The notes: generated from the sequence alone by a model not told the origin. Shown: positions 28,724 to 39,583, counted from the stretch's first letter. The stretch is 64,000 bases of DNA from a candidate division WOR-3 bacterium (GCA_039802605.1 JBDRWW010000002.1:64001-128000); one strand, 5' to 3'. Numbers and translations are program-made.

Positions 28724-30193
28724 CTAATCCTGTCTTTTTACCTTTTCCCATATAATCTTTGGGGAGTTTTTTAACAAAAGCCCATAAGGGAAAATGTATA
28801 TATAGTCTCGTACATAAGGGTAAAATTCGGATGAATCTATTTTGTCCAACACCCACACATTAACGATTACATCGGGTTTTAGCTTTCCTATGGAATAGGA
28901 ATAATCCCATTTGTTGTGGCCAGGTGGGAAATATTTGAATTTTTTAACCAGGGAAACTTTCATATTACCCGTTTTAGGTTTTAGTTTTGCTATGTATCTG
29001 TCATTCTTTCCCAAGAGGTCTATAAAGTACCTGTTTTCAAGGTAATACGGTATAATTCCGGCGGCGGCAACCGCTATTTTTGCCCCATCCCTCGTTATCT
29101 CACCGATTTTGTATATTCTCCAAAGGTATCTAGGGTTATAACTTATATGGAATTCCTCATAGGGTCTTAAAAATACCCTTATCCTGCTTGGATGAATACC
29201 CATAAGCGATAAAATCACAAGGATTATTTTTAATTTCCTCGTTATTTCCGAGAGTGTAAAGGAAGTCAAAAGAACCGTAAAGGGAAAAATATTTAGAAAA
29301 AACCTATTACTCTGAAAGGAACTCTCCCAAACATCCCCACCAACCTTTACAACATACAAAACCAAAACTATAAAGGCAAATATGAATACCTTTGAAAGTT
29401 TATCCCTAATTTTAAAAGCCCAATAAAAGGCTAAACCGTATAAAAACGGGTTGTATATTAAAATGTGCTTTAAAGCGACATAAATCCCCCTCAAATATGT
29501 GTATATATCAAGCCCGGTTGCCTTTAAATAGTATGTGTTTGGGAATATATCCCCGTAATAAAGAACCCTAAAAACCGTCATTCCCAAAAGCATAATGAAT
29601 ACTGCCGAGAGTATTTTTAACCTCTCTTTCCATCCGACTAACAAAAAGAAAACCAAAACAACCAAAGCATAATCCATCCTTATTAAAACACCCAAGGCCA
29701 TAAGAAACGGTATCAATGTTGTTTTATCCTTAACATATAGGTATAACGCAAAGAATGTTATGAAAACCAAAGCGCTTACCTCCATTCCCACCAAAGACCA
29801 GTAAATTAAAGGCATGTAAAACAGCGTTAGGGTTAAAGCCCATATGCCCGTCCCTTGTTTTATCTTCTCGGCAACTTTATAGGCAAAATACCCGGAACCC
29901 AGTAAAAGTATTGCCCCTGTAATTTGCACCAATAAGGGTAGTTTTGATGGTGGTAATGGTATTAAGTGCAATAAAGCCATGTATAAAGTCCATCCAAGGT
30001 TTGTAATCCCTTCCACTCTTGGGGCACCGCAAAACCAGACCAATCCGCAACCCCTTACCAAACTCTTGGCGTAATCCATTGATATCATAGCATCGTCAAA
30101 TAGGACAAAATACCTCTCGTTATTCAGTACAAAAGACCCGCTTATGATAAAATAAATGTAATACAATAAGGCGAAAAACCATAAAAATCGCAA
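28724..30193 (-). CDS. Polytopic membrane glycosyltransferase (GT-C fold, AftB-like)
   Basis: DDAMISMDYAKSL..G.GLVW...RVEGITN, YYGDIFPNTYYLK, IDLLGKND. Confidence 0.75.
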   Translation of the reverse strand: MRFLWFFALLYYIYFIISGSFVLNNERYFVLFDDAMISMDYAKSLVRGCGLVWFCGAPRVEGITNLGWTLYMALLHLIPLPPSKLPLLVQITGAILLLGSGYFAYKVAEKIKQGTGIWALTLTLFYMPLIYWSLVGMEVSALVFITFFALYLYVKDKTTLIPFLMALGVLIRMDYALVVLVFFLLVGWKERLKILSAVFIMLLGMTVFRVLYYGDIFPNTYYLKATGLDIYTYLRGIYVALKHILIYNPFLYGLAFYWAFKIRDKLSKVFIFAFIVLVLYVVKVGGDVWESSFQSNRFFLNIFPFTVLLTSFTLSEITRKLKIILVILSLMGIHPSRIRVFLRPYEEFHISYNPRYLWRIYKIGEITRDGAKIAVAAAGIIPYYLENRYFIDLLGKNDRYIAKLKPKTGNMKVSLVKKFKYFPPGHNKWDYSYSIGKLKPDVIVNVWVLDKIDSSEFYPYVRDYIYIFPYGLLLKNSPKIIWEKVKRQD

Positions 30194-30201
30194 GGGGCAA
30201 T

Positions 30202-30237
30202 ATTTTAAGGTTGTTAAAAAATTTTCTCCTTTATACT
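30202..30237. promoter_or_regulatory. Divergent -10 boxes (GT-C gene and cytochrome c)
   Basis: TAAAAT(-) and TATACT(+), each 8 nt before the start. Confidence 0.65.
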
Positions 30238-30245
30238 AACTGCTT

Positions 30246-31385
30246 ATGCGTAAGGTCGTATGGTTTTTAAGCCTTATGGGAGTTTTCTTAATTTTATTTG
30301 CGCAAACAACTCCGGAGCCACAATCCCAATCGGAACAAATGGAAGAGCAGATGGGAGAACCTTCGCCCCAACAACCTGAAACACAACCCCAAACCCCGGA
30401 AGAAACCAAACCACAAGGTGGGACATTGGAATTAAAAGAAGGGGCTTACACATTTGAAATGCCACCAAAGAGTTTGGATTCGTATTATCCCCCTGTTGCC
30501 AAAAGGGCAAGGAATTACAGGGCTTATATGGATACCCTCGGAAGGAGGTTTTACGACCTAATGGTTGATATAAATTCCGTAGATTTGGAGGTTTTAGAGG
30601 ATTCTTATGTCAGGTTTAAAGATTATTATACATTTGTGGCCGAACTCGTGCCAGAGTGGAAGGATAGGTTTTTGTTGAGCGATGTTGAAGAACTTGGCAA
30701 GATTTTGGGGTTTATAAAGGATACCACGGATACAACCAAATCCGCAAAAAAGGATACGGTTTTACCAATAGGGGCACAGAGGAGATTGAACCCCAAAGTT
30801 GATTATATTATGAAAAAGATAGAGTACTCCTGCAAATCCTGTCATTTACAAGAAATACCGAAGGTTTATTTTAGGTATTACTGGCATACCAGGGATATGA
30901 AGATGAACATGGCCACGTTCAAAGTAAAAGATCCATTGAGCGGTAAATTGGTTCCTTATAGGGATTTCAAATCCTTAATGGCAAACGATTATTATACAAT
31001 TTTGAGGGCTATTGACAAGGGTTCAAAAACCGAACTCCGTAAAAATGTTAGGGATTTTATAAAGAGGTTTAATTATAACCAATCCCTGTGTTCAAATTGT
31101 CATGACGAGGATCCATATCTATTCACAACACCAACCATAGCAACGCTTGTAAGGGACCTTGATAATGAGGCGAATAAGAACATACCAAATAAGGATGCCC
31201 TTAGGAGAACATTGTATGAACTTTATAGGGCTAACTGCACAGGATGCCATAGGGTACATTATCCGGCGACTTATGTTCAGAGATTTTGGTATAACGAGCT
31301 TCCAAAACCCCCACAAGAACCCCAAATTCAAGGAACACAGGAGCAACCCTCACAACCCGAACAACAAGAACAACCAACGGAATAA
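30246..31385 (+). CDS. Exported triheme cytochrome c with Pro/Gln-rich termini
   Basis: Canonical signal peptide; CKSCH, CSNCH, CTGCH. Confidence 0.85.
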   Translation: MRKVVWFLSLMGVFLILFAQTTPEPQSQSEQMEEQMGEPSPQQPETQPQTPEETKPQGGTLELKEGAYTFEMPPKSLDSYYPPVAKRARNYRAYMDTLGRRFYDLMVDINSVDLEVLEDSYVRFKDYYTFVAELVPEWKDRFLLSDVEELGKILGFIKDTTDTTKSAKKDTVLPIGAQRRLNPKVDYIMKKIEYSCKSCHLQEIPKVYFRYYWHTRDMKMNMATFKVKDPLSGKLVPYRDFKSLMANDYYTILRAIDKGSKTELRKNVRDFIKRFNYNQSLCSNCHDEDPYLFTTPTIATLVRDLDNEANKNIPNKDALRRTLYELYRANCTGCHRVHYPATYVQRFWYNELPKPPQEPQIQGTQEQPSQPEQQEQPTE

Positions 31386-31397
31386 ACCTTTATTATA

Positions 31398-32303
31398 GTG
31401 ATTTTTTTGACAATAGGATATGGTGTTTTTGTTGGCTATTTCTTCTGGAAGGTATTTGAGAATTCAAGTGTTTTAAGGGATCATTATACCAATAAAATAA
31501 GGGGTGCCGGTTTAGTTTTACTTCCATTTCTGCTATGGTATATCTTCCGTGAGTGGAATGTGCCTTTACTTTTATGGACGGTGATTATAACATTAATGGG
31601 TTTATACGACGATTGGAAGGGCCTAGATGGGAGAATTAAGCTGCTCATCACTTTTTTGATATCTTTAAGTGTTTTATTTGTTTTTGGTAAAACCTTACCC
31701 ATAAACATACTTGGATACCAATTTTATATTCCTGCATTAAACGAAATCTTTTGGTTATTGTTCCTGTTGGGTTTTACGAACGCCTTTAATGTTATTGATG
31801 GTAAAGATGGGGTATTATTAACGACTTCATTAACCTCATTGATATTTTTATTTTTAATAACTCAAAGCGATTTTTGGATAAATATCGCGGCGATTTGTGT
31901 AGGGCTACTACTTTATAACTCTCCACCTGCGAAAATCATAATGGGAGATACCGGTTCATACCTTCTGGGTTTTATAATATCCTATGGGTTTTTAAGGAAT
32001 TCACACCTACCATTTGAGGCGATTCTCCTCGTATTATTCTTCCCCTTTGTCGATACCACATTAACATTCATAAGGAGGGTTGTTAAAGGAAAAAATATAT
32101 TTTTAAGGGATGAGGAGCATATACATCATAAAATAACGGATATTTTGGGGGATAGGTTGGGTTTAGCCCTTATCTTCGTATTGAATGTATTGGGTGCGGT
32201 TTTATCCTATTTTTATTTAAATGTGGGGAATTACCTAAGTTTGCTTTTTGGATATTTGGTTTGGGTATTTGTGATATTTATGTGTTATCGTTATAAAAGG
32301 TAA
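31398..32303 (+). CDS. MraY/WecA-family undecaprenyl-phosphate sugar-1-phosphate transferase
   Basis: GLYDDW, TNAFNVIDGKDG, IIMGDTGS, HIHH. Confidence 0.92.
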   Translation: MIFLTIGYGVFVGYFFWKVFENSSVLRDHYTNKIRGAGLVLLPFLLWYIFREWNVPLLLWTVIITLMGLYDDWKGLDGRIKLLITFLISLSVLFVFGKTLPINILGYQFYIPALNEIFWLLFLLGFTNAFNVIDGKDGVLLTTSLTSLIFLFLITQSDFWINIAAICVGLLLYNSPPAKIIMGDTGSYLLGFIISYGFLRNSHLPFEAILLVLFFPFVDTTLTFIRRVVKGKNIFLRDEEHIHHKITDILGDRLGLALIFVLNVLGAVLSYFYLNVGNYLSLLFGYLVWVFVIFMCYRYKR

Positions 32304-32328
32304 TATTTCGGATATAGAATACCTTCTT

Positions 32329-34248
32329 ATGCTTGTAGTAGCCCTTGAAATAAAAACCGAACCAAACTCTTATATAAAGGTCTTGCCAGAAAATGTGGGT
32401 ATATATTCGGATGCTAAGGGTTATGCAAAGGTTCAAGTTAAACCCGGAGAAAAGGCTATAATAATAACCCATATAGCGTACAAGGTTGAAACCACAAAGG
32501 TTTTTATCAAAAGGGATACCCTTTTGAAAATCTCCTTAGTCCCAAAATCTTACATATTACCCGAGGTTTTCGTTTCGGCTGAAGATAAAGAATTTAAAGG
32601 TAAAACCTTTGAACCTTACAGGATAAACTACGAGGTTTTACAGAATTCTCCCAATTTTATAGAGCCTGATCCCCTAAGGGTTATGGTTAAAATACCTTCC
32701 GTAAAATTCGCAAGCGATTTGGGTTTAAAGGTTTCCGTTATGAACTCCCCACCCGAAGAAACACCATTCTTTTTGGACGGTATAAGGATTTTTAATCCCG
32801 TACATCTTGGGGGATTATCCTCGGTTTTGGATGTGAATTTGCTCTCATATATGGAGTTTTATCCAATGCCTTATTACTCCAACATTTATGGGTTATCGGG
32901 AAGCGTTAATTTAAAGAGTATAAACTTTTTAACAGCACAAAACAAAAACTTTTTAGACCTCAGTTTTATATCGGCAAAAGGAGGATTTATTAGGAATTCG
33001 GGGAATTGGTATTTGACATCATCCCTCCGCGGTTTTCATTTGGGATACATATCCCTTTTGGCGGATAGGAATTTACCTTATATTTTCTACGATGGATTTT
33101 TAAAGGGGGGTTGGAATTTCCGTTGGGGTGAGGTTGGTTTTGCGGCACTGGGTTCAAATGGGATGTTTGATTATAAATCCGAAAGAACGACTATAAGGGC
33201 GGATTGGAAGAACACGATAATATACACATACTTAAATTCCGGAAACTTTTCCTTTAAAACCTATTATGCGGACTATGAAAATAGGATATTTTCATCCCTG
33301 TTGGGTATGAGACCGGAAGGTGAAGATGTTTCCTATAAGGATAACCCTATAAATTTTCTTGGTATAAGGGCGGAATACGACGGTGGGTGGTTGTCCATAG
33401 GTTATAACGGTGAGTATTACAAAACCGAATACTATTCTATAAACCCTTACAGGCTTAGGGAAAGCAAACCTTTTATAAATTGGGCGTATATTCAGATAAC
33501 CTATCCCACATCTTATTTTGTCTTATCAACGGGTTTAAGGGGCAATGGTAAGTATTTTGATCCGAACCTTTCATTAAAAACATTTATTACCGGAACCGTA
33601 TCTTTGCGGGGATTTTTTGCCACATCAACGGATTACTTTTATGGATTTCCAATGGAAAATTCTGGTGGTTTGAGGTTTTATTATTTTATGCCTTCGTTTT
33701 ATACATTTACGGATTTACCCCAGAGGGCATATTTTTGGGGTTTGGAAATCCTAAGGAGAGCGGAAAACTATTCCGCATTTGTACAATTAATATACAGAAA
33801 TTACTTGCGGATTTATGATGATTTCATTCCCAAAACCGGATTCGCTAAGGGGATAAACTTGGGGTATAACGGCAATTTCCTTGGAGGTTCTTCTTCAATT
33901 TGGTATTCATATGTTATAAGGGAACCGAAAACTTTTATGGATTCGCCAAACTCATTTGGTTTTTCGTATGCCCGCAACCTTAGGGGTAAAAGTGTTGGGC
34001 TTTCGTTCTATTACCATACGGGATATCCAAAGGATGGGGAAAGGTATCCCGATTATCACAGGCTTGATGTGTATATAAGCGGAAAGTTAAAGATATTAAA
34101 GGCCGTAGGATATTGGAACTTCACCGTTATAAACCTATACAATCGCAAAAATGTATTCCTGGTTTATTACGATTACAGAGAGGGGGAATACAAAACGGTT
34201 CCACAACTCCCGTTAGCGCCGACTTTAAGCATAGGATTACAATTTTGA
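32329..34248 (+). CDS. TonB-dependent receptor-like outer-membrane protein
   Basis: Plug region FLDGIRIFNPVHLGG, YHRLDV, NLYNRKN, C-terminal Phe. Confidence 0.85.
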   Translation: MLVVALEIKTEPNSYIKVLPENVGIYSDAKGYAKVQVKPGEKAIIITHIAYKVETTKVFIKRDTLLKISLVPKSYILPEVFVSAEDKEFKGKTFEPYRINYEVLQNSPNFIEPDPLRVMVKIPSVKFASDLGLKVSVMNSPPEETPFFLDGIRIFNPVHLGGLSSVLDVNLLSYMEFYPMPYYSNIYGLSGSVNLKSINFLTAQNKNFLDLSFISAKGGFIRNSGNWYLTSSLRGFHLGYISLLADRNLPYIFYDGFLKGGWNFRWGEVGFAALGSNGMFDYKSERTTIRADWKNTIIYTYLNSGNFSFKTYYADYENRIFSSLLGMRPEGEDVSYKDNPINFLGIRAEYDGGWLSIGYNGEYYKTEYYSINPYRLRESKPFINWAYIQITYPTSYFVLSTGLRGNGKYFDPNLSLKTFITGTVSLRGFFATSTDYFYGFPMENSGGLRFYYFMPSFYTFTDLPQRAYFWGLEILRRAENYSAFVQLIYRNYLRIYDDFIPKTGFAKGINLGYNGNFLGGSSSIWYSYVIREPKTFMDSPNSFGFSYARNLRGKSVGLSFYYHTGYPKDGERYPDYHRLDVYISGKLKILKAVGYWNFTVINLYNRKNVFLVYYDYREGEYKTVPQLPLAPTLSIGLQF

Positions 34249-35054
34249 TGAAATACTTTTCGGATTTTCTCGGAAGGTATGTAGAAATTCCGGATAAACC
34301 TAAGAGAATAGTTTCCCTTGCCCCGGATATTACGGAAACGCTTTTCCGTTTAGGGGTTGGCGATAGGGTTGTTGGGATAAGTTTGTATTGCAATAGGCCT
34401 AAGGATAGGTTAAACGGTATCCCAAGGGTTGGGGCATATTTAAATGTTTTGTGGGATAAACTTGAAAGGTTAAACCCCGATCTCGTATTTTTAACAACGG
34501 GGGCACAGAGAAATGTCGCCGAAGGTATGTTAAACAGGGGTTTTCCGGTTGTAGTTTTAAGCGTTCCGAATTCCGTATTCGGCATATTTGAAAACATAAG
34601 AAAGGTTGGCTTGGCCGTTGACGAGGTTAAAAGGGCCGACGAATTGGTTTTTTATCTTATGGGTAAATTGTGGGAATTGTATTCGCATAAAGTTTTTGTG
34701 AGGGTTTATTACGAGGTGGATCTGGGAGGATCAATAACGGCGGGGGGTCCGAGTTATATTACGCAGGCTTTAAGGTTCTTGGGTTTGGAAAACATTTATT
34801 CGCATAAAAGGGATTCGTACTTTAAACCTGACGATAAAGAAACGAAATCTTTGGGTTTTGACTTAATTCTTTTTGAACCAAAACCGGAAAGGAAATATAC
34901 GGAAGAAAAGATCAAAGAGGGTTTAAAGGAGCGTTTTGGCAATGTTCCTATTTTGATATTGGAACCCGATTCATTAGCGCATTACGGACCGGCTTTGATA
35001 GATGAGGTTTTACCGAAATTATGCAAAAAATTGGAGAAGTTTTCCCAAAAATAA
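34248..35054 (+). CDS. BtuF/Fe-B12 family substrate-binding protein
   Basis: PKRIVSLAPDITETLF.LG, LNPDLV; ATG 34248 overlaps the upstream TGA. Confidence 0.88.
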   Translation: MKYFSDFLGRYVEIPDKPKRIVSLAPDITETLFRLGVGDRVVGISLYCNRPKDRLNGIPRVGAYLNVLWDKLERLNPDLVFLTTGAQRNVAEGMLNRGFPVVVLSVPNSVFGIFENIRKVGLAVDEVKRADELVFYLMGKLWELYSHKVFVRVYYEVDLGGSITAGGPSYITQALRFLGLENIYSHKRDSYFKPDDKETKSLGFDLILFEPKPERKYTEEKIKEGLKERFGNVPILILEPDSLAHYGPALIDEVLPKLCKKLEKFSQK

Positions 35055-35857
35055 GATTTTAAAATCCCTTTTGGTAAAATTTTTGCAAGGTTTTTTATCC
35101 GTTTTGGATACTCCAAGCAATGCACGACATTATTTTTACCCAAACCATAAAAATCGGAACCCGATGCAATTCCACCCTTAAACACCTCGGAAAGGTTAAT
35201 TATGGTATCCGCAATATCATAAATATCAACCCGCCTTTCAAAAAACAAATGACCGTATCCCAAACCCAAAACCCCACCGTTATCGTAAATTGCCTTTGCA
35301 ATCTCATAGTTTAAATTTCTCATATTTTTGGGATCTTTTAAAATTCCACCGTGGGAATATATTGCACCTTTGTATAATTCAACGGTTTGCAAAATTGCAT
35401 CATAAGACGCATGGGCGAGATCAACCAAAACACCTTTTTCCTTTGCCCAATGCAGGAATTCAATGCCAAAGGATGTTAAACCCTTTCCATTTTCACAGGA
35501 CCCGGAAAGTTCAGAAGGTATATTCCAAGTTAATCCGAAAAGTCTAACACCTTCTTTGTAAAGTTTTTCGTAGTGTTTTAAATCGTTTAAGTATCCCCCT
35601 TCAAGCCCTATGATTATGTTTAAGGCACTTTCGTCTAAGCCATGCCAGTCGGTTAAAAGGTTTGTATTTTTATCCATTGCCGCTTTATATTTTTTAACAC
35701 CTTCCAATATATCGTCAAAATCCCAAACCCTCTTCCCCGAAATGGGAAAAACCACCGCCACAACCAACCTATAACCCATTCTATAAAGGTCCTGAAAAAT
35801 CCCTTTTATATCTTCCCCTGAGATTAAAATATCCTGATGTAGATCTGCTATTTTCAA
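34982..35857 (-). CDS. Membrane dipeptidase (M19)
   Basis: DLHQD, GLEG, LTWN, VDLAHAS, YSHG, GSDFYG. Confidence 0.9.
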   Translation of the reverse strand: MKIADLHQDILISGEDIKGIFQDLYRMGYRLVVAVVFPISGKRVWDFDDILEGVKKYKAAMDKNTNLLTDWHGLDESALNIIIGLEGGYLNDLKHYEKLYKEGVRLFGLTWNIPSELSGSCENGKGLTSFGIEFLHWAKEKGVLVDLAHASYDAILQTVELYKGAIYSHGGILKDPKNMRNLNYEIAKAIYDNGGVLGLGYGHLFFERRVDIYDIADTIINLSEVFKGGIASGSDFYGLGKNNVVHCLEYPKRIKNLAKILPKGILKSYFWENFSNFLHNFGKTSSIKAGP

Positions 35858-36369
35858 GGTTGGGGTTTTAAGAACAAACTATCGGAAATTTCAACATTTA
35901 ATTTGATATTTTTAAAGTTTATCTCAATCCAATCCGAAAAGTTGTAAATTTTCACCCTTTTGGGTAAATAGTCCTTTGTTATGAACACCACGATAGAATC
36001 AAAACCCACGGTTTCTTCTGAAGTTAGCTTCAATTTCCAACCGTCCCTAATATTTGTTTCCTTAACATCAAAACCTTCATAGTTCCCGCGCAGAAAATCC
36101 GATAGATTATACGGCATGGGTTGGCTCATAACCTCCCCCTTATAAAAAATCCAAGTTGAATCGCCGTTGGATATGACTACATATTTTTCGGGCTCATACA
36201 ATTCCCACCTGAAAAAGGAGGGTTTCTTTATATAAACATTCCCCTTATATACGGTTTTCTGCCCTTGGAAATATGTTGTTTGCACAATTTCAGCTTTAAA
36301 TGTGTTCGTCCCCTCCATTTTCCCCTTGATATTATCAATCACAGAAGCCATAAGAAATACCAACACCAT
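35854..36369 (-). CDS. lolA: Outer-membrane lipoprotein carrier LolA
   Basis: GNVYIKKPSFFRWE..PEKYVVISNG; start ATG 36369 (TATAAT 6 nt upstream) preferred over GTG 36399. Confidence 0.85.
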   Translation of the reverse strand: MVLVFLMASVIDNIKGKMEGTNTFKAEIVQTTYFQGQKTVYKGNVYIKKPSFFRWELYEPEKYVVISNGDSTWIFYKGEVMSQPMPYNLSDFLRGNYEGFDVKETNIRDGWKLKLTSEETVGFDSIVVFITKDYLPKRVKIYNFSDWIEINFKNIKLNVEISDSLFLKPQP

Positions 36370-36375
36370 CCGGAT

Positions 36376-36430
36376 ATTATAAACCTGGAATATTTTCACC
36401 GAAAATAAAGTAATAATTCGGCCTTAGAAT
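36376..36430. promoter_or_regulatory. Divergent -10 boxes (lolA and Uma2)
   Basis: TATAAT(-) 6 nt and TAGAAT(+) 8 nt before the starts. Confidence 0.65.
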
Positions 36431-36438
36431 AAAAGTGT

Positions 36439-36966
36439 ATGGGGATAACGGTTAAGGAAAAAGTTTGGACATATAGGGATTATTTGAAACTCGAAGATGA
36501 TAAACGCTATGAGGTTATTAACGGGAGGTTGGTAGAGATGCCCGCACCAAACTTTGAACATCAGGAAATTTTAAGGGATATAGGAGGCCTTGTTTGGAAT
36601 TTTGTTAAGAAAATGGACAAAGGAAGCATAGGATACGCCCCTTTTGATGTAATACTATCGGAAAATATCGTAGTTCAGACGGATATAGCTTTTATATCCA
36701 AGGATAACTTGAAAAATATAAGAGAAGGCCGTTTGTTTGGCTCCCCAGACATGGTTGTTGAAATAGTATCGCCGGGAAGTTATATGTATGAGGAGTTTGG
36801 TGTTAAGGAATATTGGATAGTTTTACCCGGTGAAAGGGTAGTGGAGGTATGGGTTTTGGGTGAGAAGGGACAGTATGAACTTTACTCCTTTGCGGAAAAA
36901 GAAGGTAAAGTTAAAAGCAAGGTTTTAGAAGGTTTAGAGGTTGATTTAAAGGAGGTGTTTGGATGA
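36439..36966 (+). CDS. Uma2-family endonuclease, copy 1 (internal 9-codon gap relative to copy 2)
   Basis: RYEVING, PDMVVEIVSP, GVKEYWIV. Confidence 0.88.
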   Translation: MGITVKEKVWTYRDYLKLEDDKRYEVINGRLVEMPAPNFEHQEILRDIGGLVWNFVKKMDKGSIGYAPFDVILSENIVVQTDIAFISKDNLKNIREGRLFGSPDMVVEIVSPGSYMYEEFGVKEYWIVLPGERVVEVWVLGEKGQYELYSFAEKEGKVKSKVLEGLEVDLKEVFG

Positions 36967-37472
36967 ATACGGAAGTTAAGGAAAAGATTTGGACTTATGA
37001 GGATTATTTAAAACTTGATGATGATAAACGCTATGAGGTTATTAATGGGAGGTTGGTAGAGATGGCCGCGCATACTCCTTGGCATCAAAAGATTTCGGCA
37101 AGGATATTTCTAATAATCTCAAAATTTCTAAAAGAAGGGGAATTATACTTTTCTCCCATAGATGTTTTATTCAGTGAGGATGTTGTATTACAGCCGGATA
37201 TAGTTTATGTTTCAAAGGAAAGACTTGGCATAATAGGGGAAAAGGCAATAATGGGTGTTCCCGACTTGGTTGTTGAAATAGTTTCGCCATCAACGACTAG
37301 GAGGGATACCGCAGTCAAGAAGGGGATATATGAAAATTTTGGTGTTAAGGAATATTGGATTGTTTATCCCGATGAAAAGGCGATAGAGGTGTGGGTTTTA
37401 AATGAAAGCGGAAAGTATCAACTTTATTCCTTTGCAGAAAAAGAGGGGAAGGTTAAAAGTAAGTTGATTTAA
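36963..37472 (+). CDS. Uma2-family endonuclease, copy 2 (C-terminus frameshifted by a 19-nt deletion)
   Basis: LQPDI, PDLVVEIVSP, GVKEYWIV; the lost tail is visible out of frame at 37464-37482. Confidence 0.88.
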   Translation: MNTEVKEKIWTYEDYLKLDDDKRYEVINGRLVEMAAHTPWHQKISARIFLIISKFLKEGELYFSPIDVLFSEDVVLQPDIVYVSKERLGIIGEKAIMGVPDLVVEIVSPSTTRRDTAVKKGIYENFGVKEYWIVYPDEKAIEVWVLNESGKYQLYSFAEKEGKVKSKLI

Positions 37473-37503
37473 AGGAGGTGTTCTCCACCCTATAATTCCC
37501 GCT

Positions 37504-37965
37504 ATGGCCCTTGAAATAGGCGTTATGGCTCCTTTGTTTTCTGCCGTAAATCAGGATGGGGATACGATAAGGTTGGAGGATTTTAGGGGAAAGTGGGTTG
37601 TATTATACTTTTATCCAAAGGATGATACCCCGGGTTGTACTATGGAAGCCAAAGGATTTGAACAACTAAGGGAAGAATTTGAAAGGGAAAACGCCGTCAT
37701 ACTGGGTGTTAGCAGGGATGATGTAAAATCTCACAAAAACTTTTGCACAAAATACGGCTTAAACTTCCACCTATTGGCCGATACGGATGGCAAGATAATT
37801 GAATCCTATAAGGCAAAGGGTGGTTTGTTTACGAAAAGGATGACATATCTCATAGATCCCGAAGGGAAAATAGCCTTTGTTTGGAAGAAGGTTAATCCCA
37901 GCGGACACGCAAGGGAGGTTATTGAGAAGTTAAGGGAATTAAAAAATGCCGGTAATAAGGAGTAA
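37504..37965 (+). CDS. bcp: Peroxiredoxin, BCP/PrxQ family
   Basis: [15 protein letters not shown]. Confidence 0.95.
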   Translation: MALEIGVMAPLFSAVNQDGDTIRLEDFRGKWVVLYFYPKDDTPGCTMEAKGFEQLREEFERENAVILGVSRDDVKSHKNFCTKYGLNFHLLADTDGKIIESYKAKGGLFTKRMTYLIDPEGKIAFVWKKVNPSGHAREVIEKLRELKNAGNKE

Positions 37966-39553
37966 TATAAAGACAAATTCACCGGAATTTAAAGAAAATT
38001 ACGAATTCAACAAGGCAAAGGTTGAAGAGTTCAAAAGGATACTTGAAGAGGTTAGACATAAAAGGGATGAAAAGGCTGTAAAATTGCACAGGCAAAGGGG
38101 GAAACTCTTGGCAAGGGAAAGGGTGGAAAAACTAATAGATCCCGGAACCCCCTTCCTTGAACTCTCGCCTTTGGCGGCTTATGGTATGTATAACAATGAG
38201 GTTCCACAGGCCGGTATAATAACGGGTATAGGTATAATAGAGGGTAAAGAAGCCGTGATAGTTGCAAATGATGCAACCGTAAAGGGTGGAACATACTTTC
38301 CGGAAACCATAAAGAAACACATAAGGGCACAGGAAATAGCATTGGAAAACAAATTGCCAATAGTTTATCTCGTTGATTCGGGAGGTGTGTTTTTACCCCT
38401 CCAATCCGAGGTGTTTCCGGATAAGGAACATTTTGGAAGGATTTTTTACAACCAGGCGGTTATGTCTTCCCTAGGTATTCCCCAGATAGCCTGCGTTATG
38501 GGGATGTGTACGGCGGGTGGGGCATATGTGCCCGCAATGTCTGATGAGAACATAATAGTTAAGGGAACGGGTACGATTTACTTAGCAGGTCCCCCTTTGG
38601 TTAAGGCCGCTACGGGTGAGGAGGTTGATGAGCAGAGTTTGGGAGGCGGTGTTATGCACTCAACCATATCGGGCGTAACAGATCATTTAGCCGAAAACGA
38701 CGAGGAGGCCATTGAAATACTCCGCTCTATTTTCAGAAACCTTAACATAACGAAAAAAATACCCTTGGAATTAAGGGAGCCCGAGGAACCCCTGTACGAT
38801 CCGGATGAAATATACGGGATTTTACCAAAAGATTTGAGGAAACCCTTTGACATGAGGGAACTTATAGCAAGGATAGTGGATGGAAGCGAATTTCACGAGT
38901 TTAAGGCGAATTACGGTACAACCTTGGTTTGCGGGTTCGCCCATATAAACGGAATACCCGTGGGAATATTGGCAAATAATGGTGTCCTTTTCAGCGAATC
39001 GGCTCTAAAAGGGGCACACTTCATAATGCTTGCCGACCAGAGAAGGATACCATTGATATTTTTACAAAACATTACGGGCTTTATGGTTGGAAGAAAATAC
39101 GAGGAGGAAGGTATTACAAAACACGGTGCAAAAATGGTTCAGGCCGTATCAACCGCAACCGTTCCAAAAATAACAATAATTGTTGGGGGTTCCCATGGGG
39201 CGGGGAATTATGCTATGTGTGGTAGGGCTTATAATCCCCGGTTTTTGTTTATGTATCCCAACGCGAGGATATCCGTTATGGGGGCGGATCAGGCGGCGAC
39301 GGTAATGGTAATTATCAACGAAAACAAGTACAAGAGGATGGGGAAAGAAATGCCGGAAGAGGAAAAGGAAAGAATAATAAGGGAAATATATGAGGAATAC
39401 GAAAGGGAAGGGAACGCATACTACTCAACCGCAAGGCTTTGGGATGACGGAATAATAGACCCAAAGGAAACGAGGGAAATATTAACCTTTGCTTTGTCCG
39501 TGGCCATAAACAATATCCCTGAGTATAGAGGCTTTCCCGTGTTTAGATTTTGA
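37946..39553 (+). CDS. Acyl-CoA carboxylase carboxyltransferase (methylcrotonyl-CoA carboxylase beta-like)
   Basis: [52 protein letters not shown]. Confidence 0.94.
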   Translation: MPVIRSNIKTNSPEFKENYEFNKAKVEEFKRILEEVRHKRDEKAVKLHRQRGKLLARERVEKLIDPGTPFLELSPLAAYGMYNNEVPQAGIITGIGIIEGKEAVIVANDATVKGGTYFPETIKKHIRAQEIALENKLPIVYLVDSGGVFLPLQSEVFPDKEHFGRIFYNQAVMSSLGIPQIACVMGMCTAGGAYVPAMSDENIIVKGTGTIYLAGPPLVKAATGEEVDEQSLGGGVMHSTISGVTDHLAENDEEAIEILRSIFRNLNITKKIPLELREPEEPLYDPDEIYGILPKDLRKPFDMRELIARIVDGSEFHEFKANYGTTLVCGFAHINGIPVGILANNGVLFSESALKGAHFIMLADQRRIPLIFLQNITGFMVGRKYEEEGITKHGAKMVQAVSTATVPKITIIVGGSHGAGNYAMCGRAYNPRFLFMYPNARISVMGADQAATVMVIINENKYKRMGKEMPEEEKERIIREIYEEYEREGNAYYSTARLWDDGIIDPKETREILTFALSVAINNIPEYRGFPVFRF

Positions 39554-39583
39554 TATTCCACAAAAGCCTTTAAAATTTGTATT

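Noticed and set aside
32304..32328. Cobalamin riboswitch ahead of the TonB/BtuF genes
   Set aside because: Only 25 nt are available, occupied by the -10 box.
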